DNA of 64,000 nucleotides from Macrostomum lignano (Eukaryota): NCBI GenBank assembly GCA_002269645.1, contig NIVC01000555.1, positions 56,556 to 120,555 of the forward strand, read 5' to 3'. Shown piece by piece: positions 1 to 12,415 of this stretch (position 1 is its first letter; each line of letters starts with the position of its first letter). The notes under the pieces were generated by a model. It saw only the letters and a program-made list of their open reading frames with translations, ran no database searches and was not told where the DNA came from. The position numbers and the translations under genes were made by a program.

Positions 1-769
1 TTTCCAGGCTCGAAATCAAGTTGGACAGTCGATTCAGCTCCCGAAGCGTCGCGTTCATTCTTCCACGAGCTTGGCTAAACGTTTCAGAGAGGCTACGAAG
101 AGTACCGGACGTAACGTTAGTCCAAGCAGCAGTGCCTACGCAGACCGTTGTCAGGCTTCCAGCAGCGAACATCACTACAGGAGCAGCCGTGCCAGCAGTC
201 GCCACTGTCGCTGCAGCTGCACCCAAGCCAAAGACTGCTGCTGCACCGTAGCCTTTTTGTTTTCTGTTGGATTCCTCTTCTCTCTTGCGAGCCGCTTCCT
301 TCGCTAGCTCTTCAACTAAGAGGGAGCAGTCATTGATGGCGGTGGACAGTCTGGCTCGAGTCTCAGAGTATTGCTCTTCGCAAGCTTCACACTTTTTCAA
401 AAGTTTTTGCATATCTTCCAACAGTTTGTCAAGTTCGTCGGAGCTTAAACTTTTCTTATCACTGCTGGATTTTTTAAAATCATCTGCAAATCCGTCCCAT
501 TTTTCGCAGAGCTTAAGGCACCTTCCTTTCAATCCTTCTGCAGAGGATTTTGCATTGTCCATCGAGTTGAAAAAATCTTTTCTCTTACTGTCTAGGCTAG
601 AAGGACAATCTGGGAGATTCACCAGCTCATCTCTTGCTTTTGTTGTGGAATTGCAAAGTTCGGAAGAGAATTTTTCTGCCTCTGACGCAATCACTTTGGC
701 ATTTTCCGTGCCTATTTTCGTAAGCCATTGGGCGATTGAGTTGTGGTCGTAGTCTCCTCCTTGAGCCAT
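1..769 (-). CDS. Coiled-coil/helical-bundle protein with long Gly/Ala-rich hydrophobic segment, paralog 1 (3' end runs off the window)
   Basis: Absent from the ORF track because it has no stop in the window. Hand translation from ATG at 769 is open for 256 codons: MAQGGDYDHNSIAQWLTKIGTENAKVIASEAEKFSSEL...KQKGYGAAAVFGLGAAAATVATAGTAAPVVMFAAGSLTTVCVGTAAW...LISSLE. Clear paralog of 12416-13249. 5'UTR intron 779-906 (GTAAGT donor; TTGTAG acceptor 9 nt before ATG). Confidence 0.85.
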   Translation of the reverse strand, partial: MAQGGDYDHNSIAQWLTKIGTENAKVIASEAEKFSSELCNSTTKARDELVNLPDCPSSLDSKRKDFFNSMDNAKSSAEGLKGRCLKLCEKWDGFADDFKKSSSDKKSLSSDELDKLLEDMQKLLKKCEACEEQYSETRARLSTAINDCSLLVEELAKEAARKREEESNRKQKGYGAAAVFGLGAAAATVATAGTAAPVVMFAAGSLTTVCVGTAAWTNVTSGTLRSLSETFSQARGRMNATLRELNRLSNLISSLE

Positions 770-1064
770 TTCTTGAAACTACAATAATACGAGTAAATGA
801 CTTTAAATTAGCATTGATACTATAGTATTACATGAGCATTTACCATTCGATAATTTTACGTTCATTTATGTTTAATCATTCAAATAAAAAATACTTATGC
901 ACTTACCGGAAAAGGATATGAGTTTTATCAGTAATAATTGATAGAATTAAACTTCAACCAGTACGAATGTTAAAACAAATAAAGTGTCTGAGTTTCCGCA
1001 TGAATAGGTTCACTAGAGTGGGGATTTACGGTATATTTACGGTACTGTCTGAAAATTTCGAGAA

Positions 1065-1103
1065 AATTCCACGGCTTTTCCACGGCTTTTCCGTGGAATT
1101 TCG
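1065..1103. promoter_or_regulatory. Upstream motif shared by three minus-strand genes (copy 1)
   Basis: ccacggcttttccacggcttttccgtggaattt about 300 bp upstream of the ATG at 769; similar motifs at 13545-13575 and 22574-22606. Confidence 0.45.
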
Positions 1104-1243
1104 CAATTTTTCTGCGGTAAAACGAGCCAGGCAACTAACTAACTTATGATTATTACAAGTTGTTTATAAGCCACAAAGCCGAAGAAGGTCTGTCTATTTA
1201 AATTTTTTAAGATTTGTTTTGCTTGAAGAAAGTTAATTGGACA

Positions 1244-1621
1244 AGGGGGGCCGTAGCCCAGCGGTCTAGCGCAGGCTCTGGTGTGCCAGCGACCCAGGCT
1301 CGATTCCAAGTGCAGTCACATTAATTTGAAGCTGAATTGGAATCTCGGCTTGGCTCTGCTCGTGCAATTAACGGCCTTGACAGCCAACCCCCCAAGGCGC
1401 AGTGAAGTGTACATGCCTAACGATAAAATAAAGTTAGGGCCGCTGTACACTCCTGTGTGAGTGTGTGACTGCGTACGTATCCGCGCGCTTGTATGCCTGC
1501 TCAGGGGAGTCGGCGGAATGGGCAGTAATGCCTCTTGCCGGTTGTGTGCCTATTTCGCTTAAAGGGCGCCAGGGTGCACACAACCCCCCTGCCTATAATA
1601 AAAAAAAATAAATAAATAAAT
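1244..1621 (+). mobile_element. tRNA-derived SINE, family A, full length
   Basis: Head GGGGCCGTAGCCCAGCGGT (A-box) ... GGCTCGATTCC (B-box-like); A-rich/(AATA)n tail; 14-bp TSD AAGTTAATTGGACA at 1230-1243 and 1622-1635; second copy at 15085-15373. Confidence 0.85.
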
Positions 1622-2696
1622 AAGTTAATTGGACATTAAGGAAAGCAAAAATATCCTATCTGGATTTACAGTATAAGTACAACCGCATTTTTAAAGCGAC
1701 ATATAAAATTGTTTCAGCAAAGTATTGAATATCAACACGTTCTACTCAAATAAGTAGCTAGCGACGTTTTATGCTACCATTATTTTCAGTTGTAACGTAC
1801 CTCTTCTCAATATTATTTTAATAGAGTGCAATGAAAACTGCGATTCCTTACTGAGACTCACGTCAGTAAGACAGAAAAAGCTAGCCATGCCCCAGCTGCT
1901 GCTGATCTGCTTGGAACAGTTTGCTTAAAGCAGCGCATATGGTGTGGCAAAAGAAACCTTAATTAAAGTGTCGTTTACGAGACCAAAATGTTGGGCAGAG
2001 TAGCCTACCTATACTGGTCAAAGTCAGGGCTCTTTAGTTAGCGGCGAGGGAATTACTGTTAAACTCCTAGATAGCTGCTGGTCTGTTGTCGTCTCAACAT
2101 TTGAAAATGTCAAAAGCCCAAAGCAGTAACTTCTCACAGTGATAGAAGCGTCACATCTCCAAGGACAACGTCAAATCTCCAAGGACAACGTCACATCTCC
2201 AAGGAGGTCACATCAACAAGAACAGTGTCAAATCTCCAAGAACACAAGAACAGTGTCAAATATCCAAGGAAAGCGTCAAGTCTCCAAGAACAAACATTCA
2301 CGAAATTCTAATTACAACACTACTCAGGGACTACTGTAGTCCCTGACACTACTATAATATGTTAGGGAGAGCTGCACATCATGCGCTCCGTACGGCGTAT
2401 CATTTCAGCATGCGTGAACGAGAGTGCAAAAGTTGCTTTCAGTTTATTATCATGGCCGAAATAAATGGCTTGGCTCATTCAAAGTATTTTTAGCCGACGT
2501 GTCACCAACTTACGCCATAAAATAGTCACAAAACTTATCTATAATGCCTAGTGATAAGCTCTACTACATGTATGTACACGACCTGGCTTGCTGTACTGGC
2601 AAAGTGTGGCAACTTCGCGTTGTGAATACATTTAAACTGACGATTGGGAAGAGTCTATAAATGCTCGCTGCCAAGAGACGCTGAAAAGCTACTGAA

Positions 2697-2927
2697 ATGA
2701 AAAACTCGAAAGACATGAACAAGGCGGTCTTCGAAGCACCTCATGACGCAACGCTGGATCAGCCTGCAGGCTCGTCAGATCGGGAGAAAATTATTGCAAC
2801 TTCAGTGGAGGACACAAAAGCAGAGACGAGCAAGATGGAGACTCTGGAAAACGTCTGCTGCTGCATCCACATCTGCTTGGCGTGTCTCGAGTGTGGCCTG
2901 GATATTGCCAACCTCTTCAAGTCCTGA
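2697..2927 (+). CDS. Small Cys-rich-tail protein, CYSTM-like, copy 1 (76 aa)
   Basis: Polar N-terminus, then ENVCCCIHICLACLECGLDIANLFKS; same layout as 9524, 15577 and 19918. Confidence 0.65.
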   Translation: MKNSKDMNKAVFEAPHDATLDQPAGSSDREKIIATSVEDTKAETSKMETLENVCCCIHICLACLECGLDIANLFKS

Positions 2928-3109
2928 CTGAGTCAATCTAGTCTATTTAATATTGAACAATCACCGCGTACTTTTATTTCCAATTATTGCTTATACAGAC
3001 CATTGTACTAAACATTACTGCGCAACTATAGTACACTACTCTACACAACAATACACTGAAGTACACTCTTAGAGACTACTTAAGTGTCGTTTGCATATTT
3101 GTATGGTAT

Positions 3110-4340
<1,231 letters not shown>

Positions 4341-4512
4341 CTGTCGGTTTGACACAGAACAAATATATAAAGATGAATGAATAAATGGTCATTGACGATT
4401 AAAAATTTATTGGTTAAGTTTGATGAAAGTCCGTCTAGCTCTCTAGCTCTCTTGGAAGAGATGCACTGTGCACACATACAGTATAAATTTCCTTGCGCAG
4501 AGACTGCATCAG

Positions 4513-4772
4513 TGTTATGTCCTCTTCTTCTGCTTCTATACCGACTATTGCCTCCAGGCTACCATCTGACATCAAAGTCAAGTCGAAGAAGCATTATTTG
4601 AAATACGAGCTGTTCACAAGCTTTATTTGCCTCTAGCCGGCGCACGTCTTGTTTGCCCTTTGTAATACTGTTAGCCTTCGGCTCTTAAAGAAATAAAATA
4701 TTGTACCCTAGACTATAGACAAAAGAAGGGATGCATTAGTGCATTTGCTAAACCAAAAGTCCATACACAACA
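4513..4772 (-). repeat. 3' LTR of gypsy element 1 (260 bp)
   Basis: Matches 8934-9420 apart from 3 substitutions (by eye) and the MITE insertion. Confidence 0.95.
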
Positions 4773-4788
4773 TTCCCCCCTTTGTCAA

Positions 4789-7700
4789 TTAATATCTCAA
4801 CCGGTCCGGTTTCTGCAATTTGTCTCTGTCCCTCAGTCGTCTAGGTTCTTTAGCCGATGTGTCAGTGCTCTTGCCACGAGTTCCGTCTGAGTCGGTTGTC
4901 TGTGGTTCGTCTTGCACGGGCCCGCTTTGGGCTGCTGGATTTAAAATGTCCTCACTCTGCATTTGCTCACGAGCCAAGTCAGTCTGATCGTCCTGATGCC
5001 TCGTCATGATTGGTGGAATTCGGGTGGGAAGAACGTCTGTCTTGACAATTTGATCAACGTGCCTCTTCCAGATTTGACCGTTGACCTGCAGTCTGTAAGA
5101 CATTGGTCCTGTGCGGGTGACCACCTCGGCAGGAATCCATCTGTTCTCTTTCTCCCTTCTGAAATCCAGCGTCAGAACTTTTTCTCCCTCCTGGAACTCC
5201 CTCGACGACGCTCCTCTATGGCTTTTTCGTTCGGTCACACCAGTCTGCTTATCCAGTACTTTTGAGTAGGTGTCCGGCCTAAGAAAGTCCAATTGAGGCC
5301 GGCGCTTGTAGCACAGCATCATTTCAGCTGGCGTCCTACCAGTTGTAGAGTGAGGTGTACTTCTGTATCTGAACAAGAAGTCCTGCATACTCAGTATTGG
5401 GTCTCCATGCGTTTTGATTCCGGCTTTAATAGCAGACTTCGCAGTCTGGACCATCCTTTCGCTAAGTCCATTAGTACGCGGATGTCCAACAGCCGTTAAA
5501 ATTTGACGAATATTATTTCGCTTCAAAAACGCACGAAACTCAGATGAGCAGAACTGACTGCCGTTGTCACTTAAGACTTGCTGAGGAATTCCGAACCTTG
5601 TGAAAGTATCTCGCAGGCACTCAATTGTCTTACTTGTAGTCGTATGTTTCATAGGAAAAATCTCGACCCATTTGCTAGTTGCGTCGACAATGATAAGCCA
5701 GAAATATCCGTGAAATGGTCCCATGTAGTCCAGCTGGATTCTTGTCCATGGCTTCTCTGGCCAAACAAGAGGTTGTACAGGTGCCTGTGCAGGTAAATTT
5801 CTTTGCAGCTGGCAACCTTACAGCTTCGGACTAGGTCTTCGATGGCACTATCGATTCCAGGGAACCAAACATGCAGCCTAGCGATAGACTTCATAGCAAC
5901 TATTCCAGGGTGTCCGTCGTGAAGCAACTCCAAAACCATTCGTTGCACACTCCTTGGAATAACGACGCGCAGTCCCCAGAAAATCACTCCTTGCTCGATA
6001 CAAAGCTCATTTCTTTTACGAAAATACTGTTTCAAACCTGGCTCACTTGTTTCTGGCCAGCCGTTTTGGCAGTAGTGAACGACTTTTCGAAGTTCTGCGT
6101 CCTTCCGTGTCGCGGTTCTAATCGTCTCTGCTGTGATCGGTAGCATCTCAAGTCTGACTTCCAGAATATTGTCACATGAGATGTTCTTGGCTCGATCTGG
6201 TAAGCGTGAAAGCGCGTCCGCATTTGAATGGTCCTCTGTCCTTCGAAATTTGATTGTGTATTAGTGGGCGGACAGAAGTACGGCCCAACGCTGAAGACGA
6301 CTTGCTGCGATGCTAGGGATATCCTTTTTGTCTCCAAAGATGGTTAGGAGCGGCTTATGGTCCGTCACAAGCACGAAATGATGTCCAAACAGGTACTGGT
6401 GGAACCTTTTTACTCCGAATACTATGGCCAGCGCTTCCTTCTCCAACTGCGAGTAGTTAATCTCCGGCTTTGATAGCGTCCTCGAAGCATAGGCAACTGG
6501 CCTTTCATCACCATTCGGCATCACGTGCGAGATGACACATCCGATTCCATACTTTGAAGCATCCGTTTGTAGAACGAGCTGCTTCTTCGGATCGAAATGC
6601 GCTAGCACTCGGTCAGATGTCAGCGTTTTCTTCACCCTGTCAAATGCAGTGTTGCACTCCTCACTCCAGCGAAACTCCGATTCCTTGCACAACAGTCGAT
6701 TGAGCGGTACCAGAATCGACGACAGATTCGGGATGAACTTCGCGTAGTAGGTTATCATTCCAATTAGAGAGCGAACTTCGGTTGCATTTGTTGGTGCCGG
6801 TGCATTGTGAATTGCCTCAACTTTCTCGTTTGATGGGTGAAGTCCATTTTCGTCAATAACGTATCCGAGGAATGCAATCTTGTTGAGACGAAATTCACAC
6901 TTCTTTCTGTTTAAATGCACGCCATAATCTGAAAGGCGCTCCAACACAGCGTTCAACCTATTATCGTGGTCTTCCAGACTGGTTCCAGACACCAGAATAT
7001 CATCTATGTATACAACGACGTCCAGGCCCTGCAGTATTTTCTCCATGGCCTCCTGAAACTGAGCCGGTGCGGATGCCAGTCCCATTGTGAGTCGGTTATT
7101 TGAAGAAAATCGGTTGAGCCATTTTTTCTGAAATCTATCGCATACCCACAGACAACTCATTTTTAGTATATAGGATATTGAAACAGACCGAGATGAGTGT
7201 TGATAGTGGTAAACCTTCTACAGGATTCTTCCAACTCAAGCTGCAGGAATGCTTGCGAGATGTCCAGTTTGGTAAAATATTTCCCGCCATTTAATGTTGC
7301 AAAAATTTCTTCTGGTCGTGGCAGAGGATACTTGTCGACCTCTAATTGTGGATTGACTGTCCTTTTAAAGTCAGCGCAAATTCTCACTGATTTTCCATCG
7401 CGCTTGAGAACAGGAACGATTGGCGATGCGAAATCCGATGCCTTCACCTTCGTGATGATTCCTTGGGCTTGCAAACTCTTGAGCTCGTCCTCAATGAGAC
7501 CCTTGATTGCAAATGGAACTGGCCGACTTTTGAAATACTTTGGTATTGAATTCTCCTTCAGCACTATATTGGCCTTCAATCCTTTAATGGTTCCCAATGT
7601 CTCAGCAAACACTTGCTCATGCCTCCTTACCAATAGATCCATAGGCTGGACTAATGTGGTCACGTTCACACTCGCAAACTTGTCCCAGTCAATCTTGATC

Positions 7701-8913
7701 TTAGAAAGCCAGTCGCGTCCAAGCAGATTTACTCGTTCTCCTTTGACAATCAGTACAGGCAATTGGTAAAGCCGGACGTTGTGGCTAACCACGTCGATAG
7801 TTGCTTCACCTAATACTGGGATTGAGTGGTCCGTGTAGCTGGACAACCTTATGGTAGTCCTTGAAAGCTTCAGTTGTCTAGTTGCAGGCCTAGTTGCTTG
7901 CTGGTCTTCTCGTTGATCAGGGTTTTATCCGCACCAGTATCCACTTGAAATCTTACAGCTTTTCCGTTCAGTTCCAGTTCGCACTCGTATGGTGGAGAAG
8001 TGACATGCGCGACCTGTCCAGTCGAGCACACTGTCCTAACGTCAAAGCACTCCCTGTGGTGTCCCTGACTCGTACAGTTTGAGTCCCTGCTGTGTGAGCT
8101 GGTTGAACTAGCTTTGTCCTGTGCATAGTGCACTCTGCCGTGTCTCTTATGTCTGGACGAGCTGAGTTTCTTTTGCTTTCCACCTCCGGAATCTTTAGTC
8201 CTGTCCTTTGTGCGGCAGGCATCACTTTTATGTCCCACTCGACCGCACTTGCTGCACGTCTTGCTACGGTAGGGGCAGTTCTTTGCCCAGTGATCTTGTG
8301 CATTGCAGCGGAAGCATCCAGATTGATTGTTTCTGTTGTTCTTCTCTGACAAGCCGTCTGTCAGATTTTTACTGGCTCTCGAAGACTTCACCGCCTGGAT
8401 TGCACCGGTTGACGAAATTGTCACCACACCTCTTTCCGCTGCTTCCATCGCAGTCGCAAGGGTAAGTGCTCCAGTTAGTGTCAGTGTGTCTTCTTGCAAC
8501 AGACGCTGCTGTGTCAGGCGATTCCTTAGGCCGACAACGAACCTGTCTCTCAGTGCCTCGTCCAAGAATTCATTAAAACCACACGTGGCAGCCAACTTCC
8601 GTAGACTTGCGATGAAATCGCTCACATTTTCTCCTTCATGTTGGGCTCTGCTGTGGAAGTTGAATCTCTCGACAACGATCTTAGGCCTTGGGTTAAAATG
8701 CTCCCTCAGGGCCTTGACTTGATCGTCGAAGTTCACATCCTTGGGCTTCTTTGGTGACAGCAGGTTGCGGAGCAATTGATAGCAGTCATTACCAATCACT
8801 GTAATCAGATTTGCTCGCTTATGTGCCTCCTCGGTCACTTTGTTTACGACGAGAAACTGCTCGAGTCGTTCTTCATAAGCTTCCCATTGCTCCGGTTTAG
8901 CCACGTCGAACAT
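4789..8913 (-). pseudogene. gag-pol of gypsy element 1, disrupted
   Basis: Two CCHC knuckles (CFRCNAQDHWAKNC, CSKCGRVGHKSDAC); protease FQVDTGA; RT YIDD; RNase H LQTDASKYG...EKEALA; integrase HDGHPG, IVDATSKW, SDNGSQF. Breaks: 1-nt deletions near 7875 and 5820, an in-frame TAA at 6261-6263, and a 77-bp insertion in RT. Confidence 0.95.
7099..7175 (-). mobile_element. 77-bp insertion in RT resembling the 5' end of a non-autonomous Helitron
   Basis: Removing it restores CAA TAT AAC CGA (GLFQYNRLTMG) in frame. It starts TCCTATATACTAAAAA, sits between A and T, has no TSD and no 3' CTAG. Confidence 0.6.
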
Positions 8914-8920
8914 TTTTATG

Positions 8921-8932
8921 TCCTCGTCGCCA
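8921..8932 (-). other. Primer binding site TGGCGACGAGGA
   Basis: Adjacent to the 5' LTR; complementary to the 3' end of metazoan tRNA-Ser(GCU) (...UCCUCGUCGCCA). Confidence 0.75.
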
Positions 8933-8933
8933 T

Positions 8934-9420
8934 TGTTATGTCCTCTTCTTCTGCTTCTATACCGACTATTGCCTCCAGGCTACCATCTGACATCAAAGTC
9001 AAGTCGAAGAAGCATTATTTGAAATACGAGCTGTTCACAAGCTTTATTTGCCTCTAGCCGGCGCACGTCTTGTTTTCCCTTTGTAATACACCTTTTCACG
9101 TTCAATTTTGAACAAAGTCCAGTTCTAAAAAAACTAGCGGAAATTCAATTCAGACAATTCAGGCTGGGGCAACAAACCCCAGTTCAAAACATTCTGCTAC
9201 GGAAGCGAGGTTTAGCCATAGACAAAATTGTCCCCAGTCGGAATTGTCTGAATTGAATTTCCGCTAGTTTTTTTTAGAACTGGACTTTGTTCAAAATTGA
9301 ACGTGAAAAGGTGTACTGTTGGCCTTCGGCTCTTAAAGAAATAAAATATTGTACCCTAGACTATAGACAAAAGAAGGGAAGCATTAGTGCATTTGCTAAA
9401 CCAAAAGTCCATACACAACA
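8934..9420 (-). repeat. 5' LTR of gypsy element 1, carrying a MITE
   Basis: 487 bp = 260-bp LTR + 225-bp MITE + TA duplication. Confidence 0.95.
9089..9313. mobile_element. 225-bp MITE with about 70-bp terminal inverted repeats and TA duplication
   Basis: CACCTTTTCACGTTCAATTTTGAAC... / ...GTTCAAAATTGAACGTGAAAAGGTG, flanked by TA; the empty site GTAATACTG is present in the other LTR. Confidence 0.92.
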
Positions 9421-9523
9421 ATCAGCGACAAGGATATTCAGTGCAGATCGATAGCGATCGTACAAAATCGAACGCCAACGAAAATCCAAGGACCTACAAG
9501 CTCGAAAGTGTTAACCATCCAGC

Positions 9524-9712
9524 ATGTCGTAAAAGTGCGATCTTAACGCACCGCCAGTGCAGCTGGGGGAGCAGTCGCAGTTTGAGCTGGCCGACCCAGC
9601 AGTACCAACTGGCAGCGGAAGTGCTGCTACGGTCGAAGGCTGCTCCTGTCTGAGCTACTTCTGCATCGGCTGTTTAGACTGCTGCCAACTCGTTCTGGAG
9701 CTATTTAGGTAA
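9524..9712 (+). pseudogene. CYSTM-like protein copy 2, with a stop at codon 3
   Basis: Not in the ORF track. Hand translation: MS*KCDLNAPPVQLGEQSQFELADPAVPTGSGSAATVEGCSCLSYFCIGCLDCCQLVLELFR*; the tail aligns with copy 3 (ENACACLIICMCCMECCQFFLDIFK). Confidence 0.65.
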
Positions 9713-11131
9713 TGCAAACTGTGGATGCTTATAATTACTTCTTTGAAAATGTTATTTTACCAAAAGAAAAATTTTTGACACCGAGTTAACCAGACAAAAA
9801 ACTGTTCATAACTTATAATCTGACTGCGATCAGAGTGATCCTTACAAATTGAAAAGGATGCAGAGATAGGGTTTTGAAACGACACTGTATCGTTATCGAT
9901 ACTTATACTTTTACGATAACGTTATCTCTATCCATTGTAAAACCCAATATGGTACAGGGAGTTGGCTTTTGAGGTAAAATTTTACAAAGAGGGTTGGTTT
10001 TTAGCGCCAAATACAGCTGATTTTGTTAGAGGCTTGAATATTTTAATTCGCAGCTATTTGAGTCTCGACTTGGTCTTGAGGGGAGAAGAACAGACATACC
10101 ATTTCAACTCTGCTGATGGTGGTCAGATGTTGGTAGAGAAACCCAATTGAAGTGAAGAGAGAGTTGTCTTGAGTAGTAAAGAAATTCATGAGATTGCTCT
10201 GTAGTTTGAGTTATTGAGAGAATGTGATATTAAAATTGGCAAAGAATCTGGCATAAAATAGGAGCATTTTAACATCGCCTTACTATAAGTGTTCAAAAAC
10301 GTATAGTAGTTGTCATGAGAGCTTCTCTGCATAAAAACGAATACTGTATTATCGAATACTTGCAACATTGTAATCATAAAATAGGAGCATTTTGATGTTG
10401 TTTTACTATAAGTCGACAGAAAAGTGCAATACTTGTCATGACAGCTTCAATGCAATATTGGATACTGCAGTATCTGATTCTGGCAATATCTGGTTTGGCT
10501 TCAACTTGTTAACCCAATCAACAGAAGCGCCTTTGTGAGATGCTAGCTCAATGGCTCGGAGGCGTAAAAGAGAAATTCCCAACGCTTAAAAATGGACGCA
10601 AGCGTTGGGGACTGCGACCGCTGCTGAGGGGATGCTAAGTCAGAGAAATCGATACAGCCTCTGCTGGCTCAGCAGGTAGAAAGGTGGAGAGTACAATTGC
10701 CTTACTTTAGGAATAGCCTTCGCTGTTCAATTCTGTCTGTTTCTCCTTCCGGGCAAGCTTCTCTCTGCGTACTCTCTCCCAAAACTCATCCTCTCCGTCT
10801 CCGCTGAGCCTAAACCTGGCGACAGCCTTGTTTGAGCTCTCCACACTGTACTGGTGGTTGAAAGCTGTTGGGATCTGGCTTTGGGCAGACACCTGAATGA
10901 GGTTTGAGCAATGCGATTCTTTGGGGATAGTACAGATAGAATTAATGGGATTATGAAGGAACGGTTTTTTTTAACAAAGTCGACTCCCATTTTTATTTCT
11001 TTTTGGAATACTAAGTGCAAAACTATCGGCATTATAGAGGAAGTGGAAACAATTTCCAAAAATCCCCCTCAAACCTGCTATTTAGGAGATCATCACTGCT
11101 CAAGGATGTAATTTACATTGTCTAGCGTGAG

Positions 11132-11553
11132 TATAGCTTTTGTCATGCTATCTCAGCCTAGGGACATCCAAACTCAGCCAGCCCCATTCCGCAATGCGTT
11201 TTTTGGCTCGAGCTAGTCGAGTTTTACCATAGACATGCTTCTTAAGGCCATGCTATCTCAGCCTGGGACATGCAATCTCAGCCAATATAGATTTCAATTG
11301 CAAACAGATCTCAATGCTATCATTTCTGTAACGTGACATGAAATGGCAACAAACAGCAGTGAATGAACGCAGCAAGAAAAGTCAGTAAGAATCTGAAAAG
11401 TGGCTGAGATTGCATGTCCCAGGCTGAGATAGCATGGCCTTAAGAAGCATGTCTATGGTAAAACTTGACTGGCTTACGTAAAAAATCGCTCTGTTGAGAT
11501 GGGCTGGCTGAGTTTGGATGTCTCTAGGCTGAGATAGCATGACAAATACTATA
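11132..11553. mobile_element. MITE-like foldback element, about 420 bp
   Basis: About 150-bp inverted arms (TTTGTCATGCTATCTCAGCCTAG...GCAATCTCAGCCA versus TGGCTGAGATTGC...CTAGGCTGAGATAGCATGACAAA), TA-flanked, non-coding core. Confidence 0.8.
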
Positions 11554-12415
11554 GCACTTGATCAGCAAATCCTTGAGTAAAGGAGCCGGCCTAAAATTTC
11601 TACCTGTTTACTCTGACTAATGAGTAAGCATGCCTGTCTATCAAGGAAATATAGAAAAATAGTGTCATGAACTGACTGCACTTTTGAAAGAATAAGAAAA
11701 CTCTTTAGCCTTGATCAGGCAGCAGCTTGTATTGTGCAACTAAAAGCAACCAGAATTCGATGGAACGACGCCGCAGGTTCTAGGCTTACAGAGATACGCC
11801 AGGTTGGGACATAGACAATAAAATGAAGCAGCAGAAATAACGAAACTACAGAGTGCGCGATGAACGGACAAAGACTGCAATAAAACACTGCTTCTACGAT
11901 ACCAACTGCGGGATCGCATTGGATAATTAATGGTATAGGTATAGTACACGTAGTTTTCCAGCTGAGACGAGACTGTTCCCCAAGGCGATATGGTACAGTC
12001 CCCCAAAGTAAGTGAAGCTAAATTGCTAGCACAATATTCTAAGGGAGTAAATATAGGGATATTGATAGGGAGTAAATTGCAGTTCAAAAGTCACCAGAAG
12101 AAAACTAATCGATACTGAAATTTAAATTATGTTGCATTATCCGCAGCTGGCCAGCTACTTCACTTACTGATAGCTTGAATATTGCAAACATTGTAGGCAG
12201 TAGTACACGTATATGCAGTTGATACAGCCAACTATCGCATAATTAGAACAAATACAATACCAATTACAAAAATTATTCAAACACTCGTAGCTAAAAAGAT
12301 CACTTTTCCATGCATAAAGGGTAGTAGAAAATGTTAACTGTATTCGCAATCTATTAGATAAGAGTGTGCAGAGCCAATCCACAGGCTTTAGTCAGTTTTT
12401 GGTGTGAAAATTTGA

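Larger units (their letters stand above)
4513..9420 (-). mobile_element. Full-length Ty3/gypsy LTR retrotransposon (Mag/K02A2.6-like), inactivated
   Basis: TG...CA LTRs at 4513-4772 and 8934-9420; 5-bp TSD ATCAG (4508-4512, 9421-9425); PBS 8921-8932; PPT 4773-4783; gag-PR-RT-RH-IN order. Confidence 0.97.

Noticed and set aside
1245-1320. tRNA-like sequences at 1245, 17035 and 59121
   Set aside because: They continue into SINE bodies with tails (and a TSD at 1244); these are SINE heads, not tRNA genes.
10707-10892. 61-aa charged ORF (DGEDEFWERVRREKLARKEKQ)
   Set aside because: Short, with no family match or supporting gene structure that I could establish.
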